Assembly (NCBI GenBank): GCA_050273025.1
Contig: CP158635.1
Coordinates: 17,050,001 to 17,114,000 of the forward strand
Direction: 5' to 3'
DNA length: 64,000 bases
From: Cenococcum geophilum
Lineage: Eukaryota
In this document: piece by piece, positions 26,506 through 37,859 of the stretch
How the letters are laid out: each line of letters begins with the position of its first letter
How positions within the stretch are numbered: the first letter of the stretch is position 1
Translations under genes and position numbers: made by a program
The notes under the pieces: generated by a model
What the model was told of the DNA's origin: nothing
Databases searched by the model: none
What the model saw: only the letters and a program-made list of their open reading frames with translations

Positions 26506-27464
26506 ATGCCTCTTTATTCTTCTGCTAACTACTCTTCTAAGTAGATTTTATAGCGTATTTTAGCCCTACCTTTATATATAGAACCCTAACCTCCACTAAC
26601 TTGTAACTAGTGCTAGTCCTACCTAAATAATTTTGCCTATACGTCTTTAAAAGATTAGAAATCTAATAATAGAATTCTGGAGGCTTATAATAAGACGTAC
26701 TGTATTAGATTTAATACCTTTAGTCCTTATAATTGATGCATACGTACTAAGAGTGGCAGTTGCGTTAAGGTAAGCTTTTCTATTCTTAATAGATTTCTAT
26801 TACTAACTTTAAGCTTTAATAGCCTGGGCCTAAGTGGCGACGTTCCTTTAATATTCTTAACTACTATATTGCCTAGGCTCTCTTTTATTCTAGCGTAAAT
26901 GCTAAATAACTTGGCCAAATTTAAGACTATGCTATAGCTATTTATACTACCTATAATTCCTAGTAAGCTAGCTAGTAACGCCTAATATAAGAGCAAGGTT
27001 GGTATACTAAGGATAGGGTAAAAGATAGGGGTAATAAGAAGAAGGTTGCTGTCTACTATAGGAAGAAGTTTGCGCATGCGCGTTAAGTTTTAAAAGAGTA
27101 TAATATAATACGTTATTAAGTAGGTTACCCTTCAGATACTTACCGGATAGGTAACTAATAGTTGCTATAGTAAGGTCTTAGTGGTTCTGGATTATACTAG
27201 CCAGCTAATATCTCTGTTCATTCTAGGCTTAAGCGTGTCTTTATTAACTATAAGCTTACGCTATAAAAGCTTTGTTAGTATTGGTTTAGACCTAATATTA
27301 GTGTTAAGCGTTTAAGAGTCTCTACTTTAGCTATACCTTATTGTCCTGCCCCTGTTTTTATGCCTACTTATACGCCTACTAAGGCATCTAGATCCCATTC
27401 TCGTTAGCCATCACTTAGTGGCCTAATGGATACTAATCCTACTCCTAATAATAATAAGGCGTAG
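26506..27464 (+). pseudogene. Antisense accessory Cys-cluster gene of B copy 2 (intron 26770-26822)
   Basis: Homologous to 20969-21924, with the same ATG, Cys codons and splice signals. Confidence 0.65.
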
Positions 27465-30400
27465 TGGCTTTTCAGATTAGGCATTTGTGGTTTAGACTTT
27501 TAGGATTCGTTTTTATATATAGTAGCAATTAAGGACCTCGATTAGGTGCTCGGGAAGGCCTTATAAGGCTTTTAGAAAAGGCTTAGAAGCCCTAAGGACA
27601 ATATTCCTAGTATAGATTAATGAATAGGAATGCAATTCTAGCAAAATGCCCTATTAACTCTATACTATATACGTGAAAAGGCTAAGGACCTATCCTACCT
27701 TAGGCCGTAGCCCTATCCCTATAGTTTCCGAAGCCTGTCTATTCTATATCCAATTTAACCTATTTACTCTTTTCGCGAGCTTTCTTTATAGGTCGCAATG
27801 ACACTATAGTATTAGAGCGCTTTCTATAACTTATAGATTATAGACCTTAGTCTTAATATTCTTTTAGAATATCTTTGTAATAATTAAGGTAATCCTCTGG
27901 TTCCTATATAGAGTTCTTAGTAAGCTAGCCTAGCCATTTAACTTTAAATTAAAGCTTGTTCTTAATAGACTTATAGCGTAGTATAGCTTTAACCTTATAC
28001 TACTCGCCTACTACTTTAGGGTGTTTAATTAGACCTAGACGGAAGTTCTTTTCTAGTAGTAGTCTATACTATAGCTCTAGTAGGTTTATGTAAAATACTA
28101 GATGTATATAGGCTATAGATAGGGGTAGCTAGAGACAATAGGCTAGCTTACTAATTCGTTCCTTAACTTAGAAGGGACCTAGGTATCTTATATTAAGCTT
28201 CTTTAATAGTTAACGGGTTTTAATATTTGTTAAACGTAATAGAACCTTATTGCCTACTCTAAAATGCTTATTCTGGTGCTTACGGTTATACTAAAGTCTC
28301 TACTGCTCTTGGGTATTTTATAGGCTCTGCTTTGCATACTTCTATTACTCCTTCTATTCCTAAAGGTATCCTTATACTTTTTAGTAGATGTCCTTAAACT
28401 TCCCGGTAGGATCCTATAACTAATTATATGGCCTTAGCCAGTAATTATTGGGTATACTATTAAACCTAAATAGTTAGACGCTATAGGTAATCTGGATTAG
28501 TGTATACTTATATAATACGTATTACTTTAAATTATAAGCGTACTCTGTGTATGGAAGTAGCTCGCACTAGTTATCTTACTAGTAGTTTAAATATATCTAT
28601 AGGTAAGACTCCAGTTCCTAGTTCTGGCGTTCCGTTTACCTATCCATCTATAGGTGGAAAGTAGTACTATAATAGTGGTCTATTTTTAAATAGAAGTATA
28701 GATCTAACTAGTACTGGCTTATAAAGACGCTGCCCCTATTAATAATAATAGAGTGTGGCTAATCTACTTTAAGAAAGTATTTCTCCTTAATTAGGTTAGT
28801 AAGCTCTTATATATTAATTATCTTATTAATAGGAAGGTATTGGATGTACTTTAAAAACCTATTAATAAGTATAAGGACCGAATTGTATATTTATCCTTAG
28901 CTATCTTTAGATAGCGGGAGATCCGTAATAAAGTCTATAGCGTAATATTGCTATAGCTTACTGGCGGGGGGAACTAATTTAAGTAGACCCTATAGCTTGT
29001 GCCTACAGATCTTATATACTTAATACTTCTCATAATAGCTAATATACTCCTTTACTTCCTAATTAAGCCTTAGCTAATAGTATTTGCGCTAAAGTAATTC
29101 TACTGTTTTTACTTGACCATAGTGGCCGCCTAGGGGATTATTGTAATTCTTTATAAGAATCTTCTATTGTAGATTTGCTTCTTATAGTACCTAAACCTTA
29201 CTACCTCTATATAGTAGGCCCATCGGGTCTAGTTCCTAATAGTAGCGCCTAGTAGCTTCCTTTTCGTTATATTTCCGGTCTACTTCTATATTAAGGATGG
29301 TATAAAAAGCGTCCCTTTATTACACCTTACGGATAAGATCTATTAACCTTTTAGATAGTTTTTAGGTAAAAGCTATTTTGTCCCATACTACTTTAAGTAT
29401 AAGACTAGATAGTACTATAGATTTTATAACTCTTTAATACGTATATATTAGGAAGGCCGCTATAAGGTTAAAGTTCTTTAGTTATTATAGGGCTCTAAGT
29501 TCCAATTACTCTATAGCTTTATTATTTGTTTAAGGGGATAGCTTAGTAATTAGAGATAGTATATTACTAGGTTCTGAGAATGTATTAGAGACGTCTTATC
29601 TAGGTATATTTAGACCCTTATTAATAACAGACCGGGTACTAGCTAAAATATTAGTGAAAACTAATAGGGCTTATACCGCCTAAGACTTGGTGTATAGAGC
29701 TATAGGTACTTAAGCATCCTATACCCGGAGCTTATTCTGTAATATAGGGAGTAAGATATCTATTATCTATTTTCCTTCTCCCGTTTTAAAGCCTTTAGTA
29801 TAGTCTAGCCGTCGTAACGGTCTATTAGTAGGGTTGTTTTCCCCTAGCTTATATTTAATCTTAAAATTAAATCGCGTAAGCTCCTCTGCCTATTTAGCTT
29901 GTTAAGGTATAAGCTCCTTTATAGTTATAAAGTAGCGTAGATTATAGTGATCTAAGAGTATATAAGTAGTATAGCTCGCGTACTTAAGGTAGTGTCGCTA
30001 CTATTTAAAGTAGTTAACTATAGCCAGCAGTTTCTTATTGTGGGTATAATACCTAACTTTAGGTCCCTGGAATTTTTTATTATAAAATACTACTAGTCTC
30101 TAATAGAGCTAGGTAGCGTCTAGATACCTATTAGGTTGCAGTAGGATACTAATAAGGGCAAAGTTTAATATATTAGTAATTATTATTAATAGCTAATTTA
30201 GGTCGAAATGCCGCAGTAATAGAGCTTCTATAAACTTTGCGCGAAGTTCTTAAAAGGCCTTTTAAACCTTTCCGGGCCATAACCATAGCTTATACTATTT
30301 AGTTAGTCCCTTTTTAGTTTTCTTCCTTACCGCCTTTAAGCTTTTTACTCTTTAGGTCGGGTTTTAAAAAGCTTCTATAATATAGTTAGATAGGTATTAG

Positions 30401-31604
30401 GTAATGTCTAAGTAGTTATAGATAAAGCGCCTATAGAAATTGGCAAAGCCTAGGAATACTTAAATATTTTAGTAGCTCTCTAGCTCTAGCTACTCCTAAA
30501 TTATCTACACCCGTACTAGGTCTATAACTATACCTATAGGCGTTATAATATAACCCAAGAACTTAACCTGCTTAGTATTAAAGATATACTTTAATGCCTT
30601 AGCGTAGAGGCCCTAATTATCTAAACGTTCTAGCACTTCGCGGATATATTACTTGTGTTAATCCTCGTCTTCTAAGTAGATTAAGATGTTATTTAAATAG
30701 ATAACGTATATACGGTTAACTAGTCCCCCTAAGGCTCTATAAATATACGATTAGAATATTATAGGCGTATTAGCTAGCCTAAAAGGCATTACTAGATACT
30801 TAAAGTGGCCATATTGGGTCTTAAAAGCGGTTTTTTACTTATCCCCTTCTTTAATACGAAGCCTATAGTAGGCGTCTTATAGATCCAGCTTTGTAAAGAT
30901 CTTCGCCCTAAATAGTTAATCCAGCATTTTACTAACTAGTAGTAGTGGGTAACGGTTCTTAATTATAATCTTATTAAGACTATAATAGTCTATATATAGC
31001 CTTATAGTTCTATCTAGTTTTAGAATAAAGAGGATTAATACGCCTAACGGCGACTTACTAGGCCAGATTCACCCCTTTTTTAATAACCTATTAAGGTACT
31101 TCTATAGGATCTTAAGCTCTTTACGCAAGAGGTTATAGATAGGAAGGTTTAGCAGTTATTTGCCTTCTTCTAGATTAATTATATAATTATACTCCAAATT
31201 CTATAGTAGGACTTTTACTCTTTTACCCGAAAATACCCTTAGTAAGTCCCTTAGGCCTACTAGAATATTTAACAAATTAGGGTTACGTTTATCCTTTATA
31301 TCATTATTAGGTAGGTTTTAGAGCTCCCTTAGAATGCTTACGGGCAGCGTTGTGCGCTATAGTAGTTGCTTATATATAGTTGCCACCGTATATTATATAT
31401 CAAGATTTTTTTTTTTAGGCGCGTTGTTGCAGATTGCGGCAATTTGCTGCAAACTGTGCGATTTGCGTGGTCGTATATGGTCGTTAGCGATTCGCGCAAA
31501 CCGCGCGTTTCGTAATAAATTTACAGCTTCTGCTAGCAAATTGCAGCAAAACGCTTAACTACTAAACTAATGCCAGTAAAATGCTACCCTATAAATAAAT
31601 AGCT

Positions 31605-31745
31605 CGCAAACTGTATAAATTATAAAAACTATATAAATTATAAAAACCGTACGAATTGTAAAAACCGTACGAATTGTAAAAACTGTATAAATTGTAAAAA
31701 CTGTACAAATTGTAACTATATAAATTGTAACTATAAATTATAATT
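31605..31745. repeat. ~18-bp AT-rich tandem repeat (AAAAACYGTAYRAATTGT)
   Basis: Visible periodicity. Confidence 0.85.
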
Positions 31746-31889
31746 ATATTATATAATAACCAAATTATCACATATTCCCATAGATTTCTATAATATACTT
31801 TTAAATATATTTATATTATAACTATATAAAATATAGAGCTATCTACTTTGGGCGTTAAGGGGGAAGCCTCTCGCAGAGGCTCTAAATTA

Positions 31890-32100
31890 TCTACCTACCT
31901 ACCTGCCTGCCTGCCTGCCTGCCTGCCTACCTACCTGCCTGCCTACCTACCTGCCTACCTGCCTGCCTGCCTGCCTACCTGCCTGCCTACCTGCCTGCCT
32001 GCTTGCCTACCTATCTGTCTGTCTGTCTGTCCGTCCGTCTATACCTACCCGTCTATGCCTACCTATCTGTGCCTACCTGTCTGTGCCTACCTGTCTATGT
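31890..32100. repeat. (CCTG/CCTA/TCTG)n tetranucleotide microsatellite
   Basis: Visible. Confidence 0.9.
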
Positions 32101-32169
32101 CACCTTGATTCGATCGATCGATCGAATCGTTTATCGTGTTCGCTGGCTGGTCGTTCGAACGGTTGTCGT

Positions 32170-32483
32170 GTGGCTCTGGCGACGGTCGTGTGGCGATGAC
32201 GACGGTCGTCTGGCTCTGACGGTCGTCTAGCTCTGGCGACGGTCATCTGGCTCCGGCGACGGTCGTCTAGCTCTGACGATGGTCATCTGGCTCCGGCGAC
32301 GGTCGTCTAGCTCTGACGACGGTCGTCTGGCTCTGACGGTCGTCTAGCTCTGGCGACGGTCATCTGGCTCCGGCGACGGTCGTCTAGCTCCGGCGACGGT
32401 CGTCTAGCTCTGACGACGGTCGTCTGGCTCTGACGGTCGTCTAGCTCTGGCGACGGTCGTCTGGCTCCGGCGACGGTCGTCTG
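32170..32483. repeat. 18/21-bp minisatellite (GGCGACGGTCGTCTRGCTCY)
   Basis: About 15 visible units. Confidence 0.9.
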
Positions 32484-32649
32484 CTGGCTATCGTTCTGGT
32501 GTCTTCCTAGGTAGGGAGAATGTAAGGAAGGGTAAAAAATGAGGTGGCTACCTAGGTGTATATAGGGGGTATACTTGGCAGAGGCACGTGTAGAGGCTAT
32601 TGGGAATATAGCGGGGACCCGATAGTAGTGTATCGCGCGCACACACAAA

Positions 32650-34205
32650 GGCTTTGTGTAGAGCTTCGTGTAGAGCCTCCGTATGCAGGGCTTCGCGCAG
32701 AGCCTCGTGTAGAGCTTCGCGCAGAGCCTCGTGCAGAGCCTCTATATGTAGAGCTTCGTGTAGAGCTTCGTAGAGCTTTATGCAGAGCTTCGTGTAGAGC
32801 TTTATATAGAGCTTTGTGCAGAGCTTCGTGTAGAGCTTCGTGCAGAGCCTCTGTACGTAGAGCTTCGTGTAGAGCTTCGTGCAGAGCCTTGTGTAGAGCT
32901 TCGTGTAGAGCTTCGCGCAGAGCCTCGTGCAGAGCCTCTATATGTAGAGCTTCGTGTAGAGCTTCGTAGAGCTTTATGCAGAGCTTCGTGTAGAGCTTTA
33001 TATAGAGCTTTGTGCAGAGCTTCGTGTAGAGCTTCGTGCAGAGCCTCTGTACGTAGAGCTTCGTGTAGAGCTTCGTGCAGAGCCTTGTGTAGAGCTTCGT
33101 GTAGAGCTTCGTGCAGAGCCTCGTGTAGAGCCTCTATATGCAGAGCTTTGTGTAGAGCCTCGTGTAGAGCCTCGTGCAAAGCTTCGTGTAGAGCTTCGTG
33201 TAGAGCTTCGTGTAGAGCTTTATGTAGAGCTTCGTGCAGAGCTTCGTACAGAGCTTCGTGTAGAGCCTCGTGCAGAGCCTCTGTACGCAGAGCTTTGTAT
33301 AGAGCCTCGTGTAGAGCCTCGTGCAAAGCTTCGTGCAAAGCTTCGTGCAGAGCTTCGTGCAGAGCTTCGTGCAGAGCTTCGTGTAGAGCTTTATGTAGAG
33401 CCTTTGTACGCAGAGCTTCGTGTAGAGCATCGTGCAAAGCTTCGTGTAGAGCTTCGTGTAGAGCTTCGTGTAGAGCTTCGTGTAGAGCTTCGTGTAGAGC
33501 TTCGTGTAGAGCTTCGTACAGAGCCTCGTGCGAGCCTCTGTACGCAGAGCTTCGTGTAGAGCCTCGTGTGGAGCCTTGTGCAAAGCTTCGTGTAGAGCTT
33601 CGTGTAGAGCTTCGTGTAGAGCTTCGTGCAGAGCTTCGTGTAGAGCTTCGTGCAGAGCCTTGTGTAGAGCTTCGTGTAGAGCTTCGTGCAGAGCCTCGTG
33701 TAGAGCCTCTATATGCAGAGCTTTGTGTAGAGCCTCGTGTAGAGCCTCGTGCAAAGCTTCGTGTAGAGCTTCGTGTAGAGCTTTGTGTAGAGCTTCGTGC
33801 AGAGCTTCGTGCAGAGCTTCGTGCAGAGCTTCGTGCAGAGCTTCGTGCAGAGCTTCGTGCAGAGCTTCGTGCAGAGCTTCGTGCAGAGCTTCGTGCAGAG
33901 CTTCGTGCAGAGCTTCGTGCAGAGCTTCGTGCAGAGCTTCGTGTAGAGCCTCGTGCAGAGCTTCGTGTAGAGCCTCGTGCAAAGCCTCTGTACGCAAAGC
34001 TTCGTGTAGAGCCTCGTGTAGAGCCTCATGCAAAGCTTCGTATAGAGCTTCGTGCAGAGCTTCGTGCAGAGCTTCGTGTAGAGCTTCGTGTAGAGCTTCG
34101 TGTAGAGCTTCGTGCAGAGCCTCTGTACGCAGAGCTTTATGTAGAGCCTTGTGTAGAACCTCGTGTAAAGCTTCGTGTAGAGCTTCGTGTGGAGCTTCGT
34201 GCAGC
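32650..34205. repeat. 12-bp minisatellite array (AGAGCTTCGTGY)n with periodic 15-bp variants, ~1.55 kb
   Basis: Visible; explains the (HEAL)n, (CRAS)n and (RAEL)n ORFs. Confidence 0.95.
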
Positions 34206-36716
34206 GCTTTATGCAGTTTTATGGTATTTTTATTACATTTTTATTGCATTTTTGTTGCAGCCAAAAATTAGGGTCTGCTTAAGTCGCTTAAGTCGCAATT
34301 TTAGCAATTTACATAAAGTAGCCTGCAAATCGCTGCAAATCGCCGCAAATTGCTAAAATTGCGACTTAAGCGAGTTAAGCAGACCCCAATTTTCGGCTGC
34401 AATAACGCGCCCAAAAAAAAAAATCCTAATGTACCGTTTTATATAGTAGCTAGTAAAGGGTAGGGAAATCCTTAACGTAGCGCTTAAGATGCTGTAGCAT
34501 ACTCTCTATATATTACTTAAGCTAGAGTAACCTATAACGGTTAAAGTATCTCATAAGATCCTTAAGATCGCTACCTCCCTATAATATCTCTGCGACCTAT
34601 CTAGCAGTTCCCTATAAGGTCTCCGTTATAGAGGGGTTATTACCTATACTAGGCTTTATACCTATCTTGTTATTAAATAGGGGTTAGATCCGATACTCCT
34701 TTGGGTATAAAGCGTATACTATTTTGCCTAAGGCTATATTCTCTAAGATATCTTTTAGGCTTATTAGTAATATACGCCCTTCTAAATCTTTATTATTCCA
34801 CCATTTAAAGGCTCTAGTTTTAAAGCGTATTTTAGGATCTACTTCTACCAGCTAAGGGTATTTAAGGATAAGGTTATAACCTACGAAGTTAGCCGCCTAG
34901 AAGGGTTGCGGGCTGACTACCTTAGTGCGGTTATATATATTAGCCACTAATACTATAAGCTTATAGGCACTGTATAGCTTAATTTAATACTTATCTAGGA
35001 AGCCTATAATAGGTTTCCGCTACCTTTATAATAGGATAAGTTTATACTCTTTTACTAAATTATATTATATAAGATTAATTTTAGCGCTGCTGTCGTATAG
35101 TGCTTAGAACTGTCGTATCTTACCTATAGGGAGTGTTATTTTTAGCTTAACAGCAATATAGAGAGTCTTTCCTTCTGTATCTTGCCCTAGTTACAGCTAG
35201 GAGAGGTCCGCAACTAGGGCTTTTCTTTTTTTAGGTTGTTAGTGCAATTATCACCCAACTTATTCTTCTAATAAGATTTACCTTTAGGGAAATTTCCTTT
35301 TAGCTTCTTAGAGTATTTCTATAAGGGTATTAAACAGGTATCGGGTTGGCCTTAGGAATCTTTCCCATTACTTAGGGCTCCTAACTTTAATCCTTCTAAA
35401 GTTCTCCTTAAGAACGGCTTCTTTAAAGCTTAGGTCTGCCCTATATTACTACTAAAATGCCCACGTTTTTAGTTACCCTTTAGCTTCCTGCTAGAAGAGG
35501 TCTAGTTCCTTACCATATCCTTAGCGTTTAGAACCGCTCGTTTAAAATCCGCATATACAGTAATCCACAGTAGGGCTCCTACGCGCTTTATTTTATCACG
35601 AATTACTAGCTTAATTTTAGCCCAGATAAATTTAATCTTCTCCTTTTTACGGATACTGCCGTCCTTATTTTTAAAGGGCTCTAAATCCATCTATTAAGTA
35701 CGAGTTTCTATAAAGTTTATAAACTAGTGGAAGTCTTAACGGTCCAGCTGCGTACCATTCTAGAATTGTTTTATATTGTTATATTATATAATATATAGAT
35801 CTTAGGTCCAACCCTTTAGGAAGGTCTATAGCTATAGCCATATTATAATTTGCTCTTTATTAAGTTAATTAAGCGCGATCTAGTTTAGTAATCGGTCTTT
35901 AATCTTACTAATAATCTAGCGTGTACGCTCTTTAGTATTATCTCGTATTATTAGCATCTTAAAAAAGTTATTTACCTCGCGAACCTAATTGTCTAGCTAT
36001 TGGGTATTAGGTCTATAACGAAGTTCTAAACTATCGGAGGCCTTAGCTAGTCGGTCTATATCCTTTTTCCGTTTATTACATAAGTGCCTCTCTAAGTCTT
36101 TTACACCTCCTTAGGTAGGTACTAAGTAGCCCCTAAAAAGCCCTTAGCCTTAACTAGGTTATAAAAAAATTTACCTAGCTTAGATTAAACCTTACTAGAT
36201 ATAGATTTGCCCTTAAAAGGTTCTAATATATTTATTAGTGGCTTCCTCCTATATAGCTTCCAAGAGCCTTATAACAGCTTCCCGATATCCATCTTAAAGG
36301 AGATTAGTATAGGGCTCTTAACCTTCTAAACTTAGGCCTAAGGAAGCTCCTACTATAGAGGTAGTATTAGCACTAGTAGCTAGTGCGGGTTTCCCAATAA
36401 GCCTTAGGTCTTAAGTTAGTGTTTAGGTTTAGTTTTCTAAAGGGGTAGGCCCGTTTAGCTCGTAAGTAGTCTATATACCGCCACTATACTAATTATAGGC
36501 CGGTGGTCTTCCGGAAGGGTTCTGGTTAGGTCCCTAGTTAAATGCGTTAGTATATTTCTCTAATATTTCTAGCTTAGGGGAAGATCTTAGGGTTACCTCT
36601 AGCGCTTAATCTTCTAATTAGCCTAAGTAGGGTTAAAGGGGTTCCGGTTACTTTCTGGTAGCGTTATAACCGTTATAGAGGGTATCTACGTTTTCCTTAG
36701 TGGTAACTATAGGTGT

Positions 36717-37325
36717 CTCTACGACTCCGAAAAAACAGGCCAAAATGAGGCACCGTGCGCACCCCACTAAAACAACCCCTAATTTCAAAACAAAACACCA
36801 CAACACCACCAAATCAACACTAAGTTTGCTTGTTTAAAGCCTAAATTATGGCTCGCATTTAAGAGGAACCCAGATATCGCAAATTCCGAGCTAAGCACTA
36901 TACCCCTCCACCAGAATTGCTCTATAAGGCCAGGGAAAACAAGCACCTAGATACTCCGTCCCGTGCTACTATTTTTGCTACTAAAGTAACCACTTAGTAC
37001 CTGGGCAAGTCTCTTACTTCTGCTCAACTTTATAAGATTACTAGGGTCCCTAAGCGTATGTAATTCCAAATTCTGGCTTCTAACTAATGTCAAACGTTGC
37101 ATTTTACGGATATTTGGGATAATTAATTGGGCCAGGAGCAAATTGCAGAGTACTATAATTGGTATATAAAGCGCTTACACGAGTGCAAGAGGGCAGATAG
37201 GCAGATGACCCGATATTAAGTTGTATTTGTATATAATATTTAATGTTTTAAAGCATGAGATTTCGGTGTTGTAAGGGGTGATACGCACGTGCCTTATTTC
37301 GGCCTGTTTTTTCAGAGTCGTAGAG
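36717..37325. mobile_element. 609-bp MITE
   Basis: TIRs of at least 37 bp (CTCTACGACTCYGAAAAAACAGGCCRAAATRAGGCAC). Flanking duplication GGTGT at 36712-36716 and 37326-37330. Absent from B copy 1 near 8260. Confidence 0.9.
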
Positions 37326-37859
37326 GGTGTATAAGAGTCTTTAAGCTCCTAAAGCATCTGGGTATTAGGGCTCGTTTGGCCATCTTGCCTAGAGGGTTAT
37401 ATTATCGTAATCTCTCGCTATTAAAGGGACCTTCCTGCTTTTGCGCGACGGCTTTCTATAAGGTATCTATAGAGTTTCCATTTAGGTCGTCGCGAGATTT
37501 TAAGGGAGGATAGTAGCTATAAATAAAAGATGTAAATAAACAATCTGGTCCTTAAAGCCGACTACCCTTCTAAAAAAGAGTAGGAAGGATTTAAATGTAA
37601 GGGGATCTTATAGATAGGGGGCTATAAGGACACGATTATAAAACAGGATAGATTAGTAAGAGAGATAAATCCTTAAGGAGGTAAGGCCTCTAGGATTGTG
37701 GAGACTATATACTACGGGCACGTGCCTTTAGTACGTGACCGGCGACCATCTAAGGGGCGTCTGGGGGTTGTCCTAAGGGCAACCTAAGGTGTCTATAATA
37801 ATATCCCTTACATTTAATCACTTATAATCCTTTACAGAAGGAACGTACGGCTATTGATT

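Larger units (their letters stand above)
31398..34431. mobile_element. 3-kb non-autonomous TIR element filled with tandem repeats; probable TA TSD
   Basis: TIRs of about 35 bp, (C)ATCA(G)GATTTTTTTTTTT(G)GGCGCGTTGTTGCAG, at both ends. Absent from B copy 1 at ~10540-10555. TA at 31396-31397 and 34432-34433. Confidence 0.85.
27760..37481 (-). pseudogene. Gypsy B copy 2 gag-pol, RIP-inactivated and interrupted at 31398 and 36717
   Basis: Colinear reverse complement of 8109-14200. Confidence 0.9.
25239..37812 (-). mobile_element. Gypsy B copy 2 (inverted)
   Basis: Reverse complement of B throughout. 217-bp LTRs at 25239-25455 and 37596-37812. TSD TCTAA/TTTAA at 25234-25238 and 37813-37817. Confidence 0.93.

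Noticed and set aside
31848..32230. ORFs of 86 and 75 aa
   Set aside because: Microsatellite-derived low-complexity frames.
32170..34205. CRISPR-like array
   Set aside because: Repeats are head-to-tail with no unique spacers, there are no cas genes, and the context is eukaryotic.
32556..34356. Long ORFs of 106-448 aa ((HEAL)n, (CRAS)n, (RAEL)n)
   Set aside because: They are by-products of a 12-bp minisatellite that is stop-free in several frames on both strands; no unique domain.
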